Below are positions 8,405-16,663 of a DNA stretch of 64,000 nucleotides, one piece after another (position 1 is the first letter of the stretch; the number at the start of each line of letters is the position of its first letter). This DNA is from Actinomycetota bacterium. Lineage in GTDB: Bacteria > Actinomycetota > Thermoleophilia > Gaiellales > Gaiellaceae. Position numbers and translations under genes: made by a program. The stretch spans positions 34,051 through 98,050 of the forward strand of contig JBKOWS010000055.1 in assembly GCA_046724565.1 (NCBI GenBank), given 5' to 3'. Below the pieces are notes generated by a model. That model was not told the origin of the DNA. It saw only the letters and a program-made list of their open reading frames with translations, and made no database searches.

Positions 8405-8830
8405 ATGAGGTTCAAGGTGAGTCAACGTTTCATCAGCAACGTCGCACTGGCGATCGCGGGCGCGGTCGTCGTCGTGGTGAGCCAGTCGTTCACCTCGACC
8501 GTCACGGGCTGGGTGACGTTCGGAGTCAGTCTCGGAGCGCTCGCCCTCTTGGCGGTCGCCGAGCGCTACCGGATGGGCGAGCCCGCCGAGCGTTTTCTTG
8601 ACGCTGGCATCGGGCTGCTCGCTGTCTGGTCGGCGATTGCCTCCGTGGTCTACGTCGGCCGACTCGTGACCTGGCTGTCGTTCGCCGAGGGGCTGGGCTT
8701 CGTCGCACTCGCTCTCGCCGCCCTGGCGGTCCACGAGGTGAGGACCGAGCGTGCCGTGCACGCGCTCGAGGCCGTACCGGCCGACGCGTGCGCGAGCGAA
8801 CCGGCCGAGGAGCTCCAGGCTGCTGCCTGA
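8405..8830 (+). CDS. Hypothetical membrane protein (4 predicted TM)
   Basis: Hydrophobic segments VALAIAGAVVVVV, GWVTFGVSLGALALLAV, IGLLAVWSAIASVVYV and GLGFVALALAALAV. No recognisable family. Confidence 0.5.
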   Translation: MRFKVSQRFISNVALAIAGAVVVVVSQSFTSTVTGWVTFGVSLGALALLAVAERYRMGEPAERFLDAGIGLLAVWSAIASVVYVGRLVTWLSFAEGLGFVALALAALAVHEVRTERAVHALEAVPADACASEPAEELQAAA

Positions 8831-8899
8831 GGCTGAACTGTTGGAAAGGAGGGGCGAGCCCCGGCGCTTCGCCTCTCTCACCATGTCGCGGAGTTGCTC

Positions 8900-9049
8900 A
8901 TGAGCATGTGGCCTGTCGTCCTCGCAATCGTGGTCCTCTTGATGTCCCGCACGATGGTCGGCCTCTATTTCGACGGGTCGTATGCATGCCCGACGTGCGG
9001 CGCCACGGACGAGGAGCGTCACGCGGACGAGTGTCCCTGGAAACGCTGA
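8900..9049 (+). CDS. Possible small membrane protein (49 aa) with a CxxC...C tail
   Basis: Below the ORF-track cutoff. GGAG sits 8 nt upstream of the ATG. MSMWPVVLAIVVLLMSRTMVGLYFDGSYACPTCGATDEERHADECPWKR. Confidence 0.3.
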   Translation: MSMWPVVLAIVVLLMSRTMVGLYFDGSYACPTCGATDEERHADECPWKR

Positions 9050-9118
9050 ACGCTGGACCGCCGTGAACCGACGCGGACCGCCGGGATTGTTCGTCCCGAC
9101 GGTCCGAGGTGTCAACAG

Positions 9119-9622
9119 TCAGTGAAGCGAGATCGCGACCTCTTCGAGGAGGTCGTACGCATCCTGCATGCCGGCTTCCATGCCGGATTCGATGATTGCG
9201 TCCCGCGCCATCTTGCTCGGGGCCTGGATGAGAACCGTGAGCGTGGTGCGCCCGTCCGTCTCGGCGAGCGTCGCGGTGTTCACGGTCGTCGCGTCCTTTT
9301 CTGCGACTCCCTCGGGCACTCCCTCGTAGAACTCGGTCCAGACGATCCGCTCGTTGGCGACGAGCTCGCGATACTCGCCGTGGAAGCCCATCTCCCCGAT
9401 GGAGTCCGCTTCCGTCACGTAGCGCCACTTGCCTCCGACCCGCAGGTCGATCTCGGCGGACCTGACGACGCCGCGGTTCGCGTGAAACCAGCGCTTGACC
9501 AGCTCTGGCGTCGTCAGCGCCTTGTAGACCAGGTGCCTCGGCGCATCGAACTCGCGCGTGATCAGAATCTGATCGTCCGCCGGGAGCGTCAACGTCGCTT
9601 TCCCGCTACTCGTCATGGGCAT
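9119..9622 (-). CDS. SRPBCC/Aha1-domain protein
   Basis: ILITREFDAPRHLVYKALTTPELVKRWF...GGKWRYV...GEYRELVANERIVWTE, typical of the AHSA1/SRPBCC family. It overlaps the upstream ArsR gene by 17 nt. Confidence 0.85.
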   Translation of the reverse strand: MPMTSSGKATLTLPADDQILITREFDAPRHLVYKALTTPELVKRWFHANRGVVRSAEIDLRVGGKWRYVTEADSIGEMGFHGEYRELVANERIVWTEFYEGVPEGVAEKDATTVNTATLAETDGRTTLTVLIQAPSKMARDAIIESGMEAGMQDAYDLLEEVAISLH

Positions 9623-9959
9623 CTCCTTGCTCCTTTCGTTTGAGCTCTTCCAGCACGACGTCCAGCTGGTCGAATCGCTCCGACCACGAGCGCTCGTAGT
9701 TCTTGACCCAGTCGTGGATGGGCTTGAGCGCCCGGCCGTTCAAGCGATACACGCGCTGCCGTCCTTGCTCGCGCATGTCCACCACCCCTACTTCCCGCAG
9801 TACCCGCAGGTGCTTCGACACCTGCGGCTGTGCCACACCCAGCTCGCGAACGAGGTCGTTCACGGGACGCTCGCCGCTGGCCAGCACGTCGAGGATCTGT
9901 CGGCGCCGAGGCTCGGCAACCGCGTTGAAGGCGTCCGTGGTGGTCGCTGCGCGTGCCAT
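9606..9959 (-). CDS. ArsR/SmtB-family HTH regulator
   Basis: ATG 9959. FNAVAEPRRRQILDVLASGERPVNDLVRELGVAQPQVSKHLRVLREVGVV. Confidence 0.85.
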   Translation of the reverse strand: MARAATTTDAFNAVAEPRRRQILDVLASGERPVNDLVRELGVAQPQVSKHLRVLREVGVVDMREQGRQRVYRLNGRALKPIHDWVKNYERSWSERFDQLDVVLEELKRKEQGDAHDE

Positions 9960-9966
9960 AGGGCGA

Positions 9967-9994
9967 ATCATATACCCATATAGGAATATGTCAA
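9967..9994 (-). promoter_or_regulatory. Promoter of the ArsR-SRPBCC operon: TTGACA-16 nt-TATGAT, then 7 nt to a leaderless ATG
   Basis: Minus strand reads TTGACAtattcctatatgggtaTATGATtcgccctATG. An AT-rich island in a GC-rich genome. The spacer contains CATATTCCT, shared with the second ArsR promoter at 42684-42712. Confidence 0.5.
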
Positions 9995-10116
9995 GCCGAA
10001 GTGAAACCCTGTGCTTAACTGCCTCCGACAGCGCCGATTGACCCAAGGAGCGGAAATGCGCACAGCGTCCATGTCCATCGAGAGGGCCTCAGTGACCTAC
10101 TTGGAGGGTATGACGC

Positions 10117-12027
10117 TTGTTTCGCAGAACGCTGAACTTGGGGATCGTGGCGCATGTAGACGCCGGTAAGACAACTCTCACAGAGCGGCTGCTCTATGCC
10201 GCCGGCGTGATCGACGAGATCGGCAGCGTCGACAAGGGAACGACGCAGACCGATTCGCTTCCGCTCGAGCAGCGGCGCGGGATCACGATCAAAGCGGCGG
10301 TCGTGTCGTTCGAGCTCGGCGACGTCACCGTCAATCTGATCGACACACCGGGCCACCCGGACTTCATCGCCGAAGTCGAACGGGTCCTGAGCGTGCTCGA
10401 CGGCGCGGTTCTGGTGGTCTCCGCCGTCGAAGGCGTGCAACCGCAAACGCGCATCCTGATGCGTGCCCTCAGGCGGTTGAGCATTCCGACGCTGATCTTC
10501 GTGAACAAGATGGATCGTCTCGGAGCGGACTTCGAACGGGTTTTCACGGACATCTCGGAGCGGCTTACCCCGGCAGTCGTCGCGGCGGACTCGCTCGACG
10601 GTGACCCGGACGCCGCCGTCGAGGTTCTCGCCGAGCACGATTTGGCACTGCTGGCGGAGTACCTCGACGAGGACGTCGCCGTGACCCCGCGGCGTCTGCG
10701 TGACGCGGTCGCAACGCAAACACGTCGAGCACTCGTGCATCCGGTCTTCTCCGGCTCGGCGGTCAAAGGAACTGGGGTCGATGCGGTGACGGCCGGGCTC
10801 GTTGAGCTGCTGCCCTCAGCAGTCGGCAGCGCGGACGGCCCCGTGTCCGGCACCGTTTTCAAGATCGAGCGCGGCCCCGCCGGCGAGAAGATCGCATACG
10901 TCCGCGTGTTCTCCGGCACGGTTCGCACGCGTGACCTGCTGCATTTTGGCCGGGGCGCTGAAGGAAAGGTCACCTCGATCACAGTGTTCGAGCGCGGGAG
11001 CTCCCGCCAAGCGCCGTCCGTCTCCGCGGGGGAGATCGCGAGGGTCTGGGGTCTGCGCGACGTGCGGATCGGCGACTCGATCGGGACGCCGCCTTCGCGC
11101 GTCCCACAGAGGGAGTTTCCGCCGCCGACACTCGAGTCCGTTGTCCTCCCGCGCCAGGCCGACGACGGACATCGGCTTCGGATCGCGCTCGCGCAGTTCG
11201 CCGAGCAGGACCCGCTGATCAACGTTCGAGACGACGACGGTCACGGGCTTACCGTCTCGCTCTACGGGGAGGTGCAGAAGGAGGTGATCGAGGCAACGCT
11301 CGCGGACGACCTCGATCTCGACGTCGAGTTCTGCGAGACGACACCGATCTACATCGAGCGTCCGGTCCGGCTTGGCGAGGCGGTGGAGGTCCTCAACGCC
11401 GAATCGAATCCGTTCCTCGCCACTATCGGCTTGCGTGTCGAGCCGGCTCCCACCGAGTCCGGAATCCTGTTTCGGCTCGAAGTCGACACGCGAACGGTCC
11501 CGTTGTTCGTCTACAAGACCCGCGAGAGCTTCGGCAAGCACATGGAGGAATACGTCCGCGAAGCGCTGTATGAAGGACTCTTCGGCTGGCAGGTCGCGGA
11601 CTGCGTCGTGACGATGACCAGGTGCGGCTACAGCGTTCCCGACGGGCCGCCGTCGAGACGGGGGCCGCTCAGCACCGCCGCGGACTTCCGCAAGCTCACG
11701 CCGCTTGTAGTCAAGCAGGCGCTCGAGCGCGCCGGAACCGTCGTGTGCGAGCCGACCGAACGCGTCACGCTCGAGGTCCCGACGCAAGCAATTGGAACGG
11801 TAATGCCGGCCCTGGCGCGGCTCGGCGCGGTGGTCGAGATGCCGATTCCGCGCGGGGAGCTTTCGACAATCGAGGCCGCTCTACCGGTGACGCGCGCCGG
11901 GGACTTGCAGCGGCAACTCCCCGGATTGACGGGTGGCGAAGGTGTGATCGAGTCTGCGTTCGACGGCTACGAGCCTGTGAGCGGCACGATGCCGACCCGC
12001 GTTGCCCGCCGGCTCGCCGCGCTTTAG
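10117..12027 (+). CDS. Ribosomal-protection-type translational GTPase (Tet(M)/Tet(O)/OtrA-like, EF-G fold)
   Basis: TTG start with GGAGGG 8 nt upstream. NLGIVAHVDAGKTTLTERLL, DTPGHPDF and VNKMD G-motifs. The 636-aa length and domain order match the TetM family. Confidence 0.8.
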   Translation: MFRRTLNLGIVAHVDAGKTTLTERLLYAAGVIDEIGSVDKGTTQTDSLPLEQRRGITIKAAVVSFELGDVTVNLIDTPGHPDFIAEVERVLSVLDGAVLVVSAVEGVQPQTRILMRALRRLSIPTLIFVNKMDRLGADFERVFTDISERLTPAVVAADSLDGDPDAAVEVLAEHDLALLAEYLDEDVAVTPRRLRDAVATQTRRALVHPVFSGSAVKGTGVDAVTAGLVELLPSAVGSADGPVSGTVFKIERGPAGEKIAYVRVFSGTVRTRDLLHFGRGAEGKVTSITVFERGSSRQAPSVSAGEIARVWGLRDVRIGDSIGTPPSRVPQREFPPPTLESVVLPRQADDGHRLRIALAQFAEQDPLINVRDDDGHGLTVSLYGEVQKEVIEATLADDLDLDVEFCETTPIYIERPVRLGEAVEVLNAESNPFLATIGLRVEPAPTESGILFRLEVDTRTVPLFVYKTRESFGKHMEEYVREALYEGLFGWQVADCVVTMTRCGYSVPDGPPSRRGPLSTAADFRKLTPLVVKQALERAGTVVCEPTERVTLEVPTQAIGTVMPALARLGAVVEMPIPRGELSTIEAALPVTRAGDLQRQLPGLTGGEGVIESAFDGYEPVSGTMPTRVARRLAAL

Positions 12028-12036
12028 CCTGAGCCC

Positions 12037-15000
12037 GTGACGGTTTGTTCCAGCTGTGGTCGTGAGGTCGCCGCCGACGCCAAGTTCTGCAGCGAGTGTG
12101 GCGCACCACTCGCCGCCTCTCCCGCACGGGAGCAGCGAAAGACCGTCACGGTGCTCTTCTGCGACGTAGCCGGGTCGACGGCGCTCGGTGAGTCGACCGA
12201 CCCGGAGGCGCTGCGCGCGTTGCTCGCGCGCTACTTCGAGCGGATGAAGGCGATCGTCGAGGCTCACGGCGGCTCTGTCGAGAAGTTCATTGGCGACGCG
12301 GTGATGGCGGTGTTCGGTGTCCCCGCGGTTCATGAAGACGATGCTCTCCGCGCCTGTCGCGCGGCAGTCGAGATGCGTGAAGCGCTGCCGGAGCTGGGCA
12401 TTCGGGGACGGATCGGTGTCTGTACGGGCGAAGTCGTCACGGGTACGGAGGAGCGACTGGCTACGGGCGATGCGGTCAACGTTGCGGCTCGCCTCGAACA
12501 GGCGGCCGAGCCGGGTGAACTGTTGATCGGGGCGGAGACGCGAGCGCTCTTGCGCACCGCGATCGAAGTGGGGGAGGAGCGCCTGCTCGACCTGAAAGGC
12601 AAGGCCGAGCCGGTGCCGGCGTACCCCCTCGTTGCCGTCCTCGGCGACGGCGCCATCGCGCGTCGCCTCGATGTGCCGATTGTCGGACGGGAGCGCGAGC
12701 GTCGCGCGCTCGCGGATGCCTGGCAGCGAGCGGTTTCGGAGCGCGCGTGTCACCTCTTCACCGTCCTCGGCACCGCTGGAGTCGGCAAGTCACGGCTGAG
12801 CGTCGAGTTTCTTTCCTCCCTCGATGGCACACGGGTGGTGCGCGGCCGCTGTCTCTCCTACGGCGAGGGGATCACGTATTGGCCCGTCGTCGAGATCGTG
12901 CTGCAGCTCGACCGACGTCCTTCCGATCCCCGAGCCGCTGCCGCTATCGCGTCGCTGCTCGGGGAATCGGACACGCCCGCGGGCGCCGAGCAGATCGCGT
13001 GGGCTTTCAGAGCGCTGCTCGAGGAAGCCGCTCCGCTCGTGTGCGTGTTCGACGACCTCCACTGGGCCGAGCCGACACTGCTCGACCTTGTCGACCACAT
13101 TGCCGACTGGAGCCGGGACGCACCGCTCCTCGTCTTGTGCCTGGCGCGTCCCGAGCTGCTCGACCGCCGGCCCGGTTGGGCGGGAGGGAAGCTGAACGCG
13201 ACGACTGTGCTGCTCGAGCCGCTCAGCTCGAGTGAGACGGACGAGCTCATCGAGCGACTTCTCGGAGATGCCGCCGTTGACGAGGACCTCCGCGCCCGCA
13301 TCCGTGACGCGGCCGAGGGGAATCCGCTCTTCGTCGAGGAGATGCTCGCGATGGTCGCCGACTCGCCCGGCGGCGGCGTCGTCGTCCCTCCGACCATCCA
13401 GGCACTGCTCGCCGCACGGCTCGATCAGCTAGACCCGTCCGAGCGCGGCGTGCTCGAACGTGGGGCGGTCGAGGGGAAGGTCTTCCACCGCGGCAGCGTC
13501 GAGGCGCTGGCGCCGGAAGAGCACGACGTTCTGAAACGACTGATGGCGCTCGTGCGCAAGGAGCTCGTGCGTCCGGATCGCGCGCAGCTCGCCGGCGACG
13601 ACGCGTTCCGCTTCCGGCACCTGCTGATCCGGGATGCCGCCTACGAAGGCTTGCCGAAGGCGGCGCGCGCGAAGCTACACGAGCGATTCGCTGACTGGCT
13701 GGCCGAGCGCGCCGGCGACCTGATCGAGTATGACGAGATTGCCGGCTACCACCTCGAGCAGGCACATCGGTATCGCGTCGAGCTCGGGCTGCTCGACGAA
13801 ACGACGACGCGGCTGGCAGAGCGCGCCGCGGAACGACTCGGCGCGGCCGGCGACCGCTCGCTCGCTCGCAACGACATCGGTGCGGCTGTCGCGCTCCTGC
13901 AGCGGGCGCTCGACCTGATTGCGCGCGAGGCCCGGCCTCTCGAACGGGAGCTGAGCCTCATCCATGCGCGCTGGTCTGGCGGCGACTTCGCTCGTGCGCT
14001 CGAGGATGCCGACGAGCTGATCGCTCGCGCCGTGGCAGCCCATGACTATCGTCGCGAGTTGCGCGCGCGGCTCGCGCGAGCATCCATTGCACATCTCGCT
14101 GAGGGGGAATCAGCCGAGGAGGCGCGGCCATTTGCCGAGGAAGCACTTCGAGTCTTCGCTGACCCCCAGGACGATGCTGGGCTCGCGGATGCCTCGTACG
14201 CGCTCGCTCGGATCGAGCACAACGCCTGCCGTTTCCGCGCGCGCGACGAGGCGGTGCGACGCATGGAGGAACATGCGGCGCGCGCGGGCAATGTCACGAT
14301 GGCGCGACTGGCGCGGGCGTGGCTGGCCGCAGGCTATGTATTCGGTCCGTATTCGGTTGCTGAGGGCCTCCAGTGGTTCGAGGAGAACGAACACCTCGCT
14401 GCTGAGGCCCCGATCTTCCTGAACATGCAGGCGCGCCTGGAGGCGATGCGCGGCGACTTCGAACGCGCGCGCACGCTCTTGGCGGCCGGGCTGGAGCGCG
14501 CGCAGGAGCTCGGTCAGCGCCTTCTTGCGGCCGGACGGGCGATGGAAGCCTGTGCAATCGAGTTCGACGCCGGGAATCTGGACGGTGCCGCCGAGGTCGC
14601 CCTCGCCGGTTGCGCGCAGCTCGAAGAGCTGGGCGAGCGCGGGTGGCTGTCCACGCTTGCCGGCCAGGCCGCACAGATGCTGTACGAGCTGGATCGAAGC
14701 GACGAGGCGTGGCATTGGACGGAGGTGGCGGAGGAGGCCGGCGCTGAGGACGACGTCATCACGCAGCTGCTGATCCTGCAAGTGCGGTCGAAGGTGCTTG
14801 CGCGCCGCGGCAAGAATGCCGATGCGGAGCGGCTTGCGCGCGAGGCGGTGGCGCTGTCGGATTCGACCGACATGCTGGCCGAGCGGGCCGATGCGCACGT
14901 GGACCTCGCCGAGGTGCTCAAGCTCGCGGGCCGACACGAGGAGGCGGCCGAGGCACTCGCCAAAGCCGAGAAGCTGTACGCGGAGAAGGGTTATCTGGTC

Positions 15001-15063
15001 GGCGTCGCACGCACGCAGTCACTGCGCCGAGAGCTTGCCGCACGCACGCCTGATCCAGCGTGA
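12037..15063 (+). CDS. Zinc-ribbon + class III nucleotide cyclase homology domain + P-loop NTPase + TPR-like helical repeats (1008 aa)
   Basis: CSSCGREVAADAKFCSECG; VTVLFCDVAGSTAL...EKFIGDAVMAVFG...GDAVNVAARLE; LGTAGVGKSRL Walker A; alpha-helical repeat C-terminal half. Confidence 0.85.
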   Translation: MTVCSSCGREVAADAKFCSECGAPLAASPAREQRKTVTVLFCDVAGSTALGESTDPEALRALLARYFERMKAIVEAHGGSVEKFIGDAVMAVFGVPAVHEDDALRACRAAVEMREALPELGIRGRIGVCTGEVVTGTEERLATGDAVNVAARLEQAAEPGELLIGAETRALLRTAIEVGEERLLDLKGKAEPVPAYPLVAVLGDGAIARRLDVPIVGRERERRALADAWQRAVSERACHLFTVLGTAGVGKSRLSVEFLSSLDGTRVVRGRCLSYGEGITYWPVVEIVLQLDRRPSDPRAAAAIASLLGESDTPAGAEQIAWAFRALLEEAAPLVCVFDDLHWAEPTLLDLVDHIADWSRDAPLLVLCLARPELLDRRPGWAGGKLNATTVLLEPLSSSETDELIERLLGDAAVDEDLRARIRDAAEGNPLFVEEMLAMVADSPGGGVVVPPTIQALLAARLDQLDPSERGVLERGAVEGKVFHRGSVEALAPEEHDVLKRLMALVRKELVRPDRAQLAGDDAFRFRHLLIRDAAYEGLPKAARAKLHERFADWLAERAGDLIEYDEIAGYHLEQAHRYRVELGLLDETTTRLAERAAERLGAAGDRSLARNDIGAAVALLQRALDLIAREARPLERELSLIHARWSGGDFARALEDADELIARAVAAHDYRRELRARLARASIAHLAEGESAEEARPFAEEALRVFADPQDDAGLADASYALARIEHNACRFRARDEAVRRMEEHAARAGNVTMARLARAWLAAGYVFGPYSVAEGLQWFEENEHLAAEAPIFLNMQARLEAMRGDFERARTLLAAGLERAQELGQRLLAAGRAMEACAIEFDAGNLDGAAEVALAGCAQLEELGERGWLSTLAGQAAQMLYELDRSDEAWHWTEVAEEAGAEDDVITQLLILQVRSKVLARRGKNADAERLAREAVALSDSTDMLAERADAHVDLAEVLKLAGRHEEAAEALAKAEKLYAEKGYLVGVARTQSLRRELAARTPDPA

Positions 15064-15623
15064 GCGTCACCCAGTACTACACGGCCACGTCACTCGACGG
15101 CTTCATCGCCGACCCGGACCATTCGCTGGGCTGGCTCTTTACTCGCAACCAGGACAGAGACGGGCTGTTGAACTACGCCGACTTCATCGCCGAGGTCGGC
15201 GCGCTTGCAATGGGCTCGACGACGTACGAATGGATCCTCGGCCACGAGTTCGCCGACAAGGATCCGGCCGACTGGAAGTGGCCGTACGAAGTGCCATGCT
15301 GGGTCTTCACGCACCGGCAACTGCCGGTCGCCCCGAATGCACCGGTCGAGCTCACGAGCGGAGACGTCGCGCCCGTGCACGAGCAGATGCTCAGCACAGC
15401 CGGTGAGCGCAACATCTGGATCGTCGGCGGGGGAGACCTAGCGGGTCAGTTCGCCGAGGCGGGACTGCTCGACGAGGTCATCGTGTACATCGCGCCGGTC
15501 ACGCTTGGCGCCGGCGCGCCGTTGCTTCCGCGCAGGATCGAACTGGTCCTCGCCGAGCTAGGCCGGAACGGCGACTTTGCCTGCGCGAGGTATTCGGTCG
15601 TCCGAGATCAGTCCCCCCAGTAG
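15060..15623 (+). CDS. Dihydrofolate-reductase-family (RibD_C-like) protein
   Basis: YYTATSLDGFIADPDHSLGWLF...IWIVGGGDLAGQFAEAGLLDEVIVYIAPVTLGAG. The start overlaps the upstream stop (GTGA). Confidence 0.8.
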   Translation: MSVTQYYTATSLDGFIADPDHSLGWLFTRNQDRDGLLNYADFIAEVGALAMGSTTYEWILGHEFADKDPADWKWPYEVPCWVFTHRQLPVAPNAPVELTSGDVAPVHEQMLSTAGERNIWIVGGGDLAGQFAEAGLLDEVIVYIAPVTLGAGAPLLPRRIELVLAELGRNGDFACARYSVVRDQSPQ

Positions 15624-16210
15624 CGCTGCTCCTGCCAGGGATCTCCGTAGTTGTGGTACCCGTTCGTCTCCCAGAAGCCCGGCTCGTCGTTCGCCTGGAG
15701 TCGCAGGCCTCGAACCCACTTGGCGCTCTTCCAGAAGTAGAGGTGCGGCACCAGCAGGCGGGCGGGGCCGCCGTGCTCCGGCTCGAGCGGCTCGCCGTCG
15801 TAGCCGAACGCGACCCACGCCTTACCACCGGTGACATCCTCGAGCGGTAGGTTGGTCGTGTAGCCGCCGTCCGAGTACTGGATCACGTGCTCGGCCGAGG
15901 TGTCGACGCCGTCGAGCAGCGTGTCGACCGAGACGCCTTGCCAGGCGGTGTCGAGCTTCGACCACTTGGTGACGCAGTGGATGTCCACGGTGACCTCGTC
16001 GGTCGGCAGTTCGCGGAACTCCTCCCACGTCCAGCGGCGCGGCTCGTCGACCTCGCCGATGATCGAGAAGTCCCACTGGTCGAGCGCGGTGTGCGGCGTT
16101 GGCCCGGCAGAGAGGACCGGGAAATCGGGCGTGACGTACTGCCCGGGTGGGATGCGACCGGGGTCCGCTTCGGCTCGGCGGCCGCGGAACCCACGCGAGA
16201 TCGGAGACAT
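15608..16210 (-). CDS. Sulfite-oxidase-like molybdopterin oxidoreductase domain protein
   Basis: ATG 16210 preceded by AAAGGAGGAG. IPPGQYVTPDFPVLSAG...VDIHCVTKWSK...GGPARLLVPHLYFWKSAKWV. Confidence 0.8.
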   Translation of the reverse strand: MSPISRGFRGRRAEADPGRIPPGQYVTPDFPVLSAGPTPHTALDQWDFSIIGEVDEPRRWTWEEFRELPTDEVTVDIHCVTKWSKLDTAWQGVSVDTLLDGVDTSAEHVIQYSDGGYTTNLPLEDVTGGKAWVAFGYDGEPLEPEHGGPARLLVPHLYFWKSAKWVRGLRLQANDEPGFWETNGYHNYGDPWQEQRYWGD

Positions 16211-16288
16211 AAGGCGCTCCTCCTTTCGGATGCCCGTCACACACTGACGGGTTCGGCCACGGTCTGCAGCGGCTCAGTGGTCGCGCCG

Positions 16289-16492
16289 TTACGCCTCGGC
16301 GAGGGCGCGTCGGCGGTTGAACCGCTCGATCCGGCTGCCTCGGGCTGCGCTCTGCTGCACACCGGTGTAGGCCGGATGGCAGTTCGAGCAGACGTCGACC
16401 GTTACCGAGTCGGCCGTCGACCGAATGACGAACGCCGCGCCGCAGTTCGAGCAGACGACGTCGACGAGATGTGTCTCAGGATGCTTGGTCAC
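16289..16492 (-). CDS. rpmE: 50S ribosomal protein L31 (zinc-binding type A)
   Basis: MTKHPETHLVDVVCSNCGAAFVIRST...VDVCSNCHPAYTG, ending ...RFNRR. GAAGGAGG RBS. Confidence 0.9.
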   Translation of the reverse strand: MTKHPETHLVDVVCSNCGAAFVIRSTADSVTVDVCSNCHPAYTGVQQSAARGSRIERFNRRRALAEA

Positions 16493-16634
16493 TTGTCGAA
16501 TACCTCCTTCATGGAAATTCGGACCGCGCCGCGTCAGGCGCGGTCGCGGGGATGCGCTCCCGCTTCGGCCGCGTGCGCCAGGCCTCGAGGGCGACGACGA
16601 GCCGAAACCGACCAGAACACTTTAGCAGATAAAG

Positions 16635-16663
16635 TTGCTTGAAGCAACTCACCGTGCTAGATT
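16635..16663 (+). promoter_or_regulatory. Candidate promoter TTGCTT-17 nt-TAGATT, 6 nt upstream of ATG 16670; overlaps palindrome AGTTGCTT-G-AAGCAACT (16633-16649)
   Basis: Read directly. The spacing is consistent with a leaderless transcript starting at ATG 16670. Confidence 0.45.
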
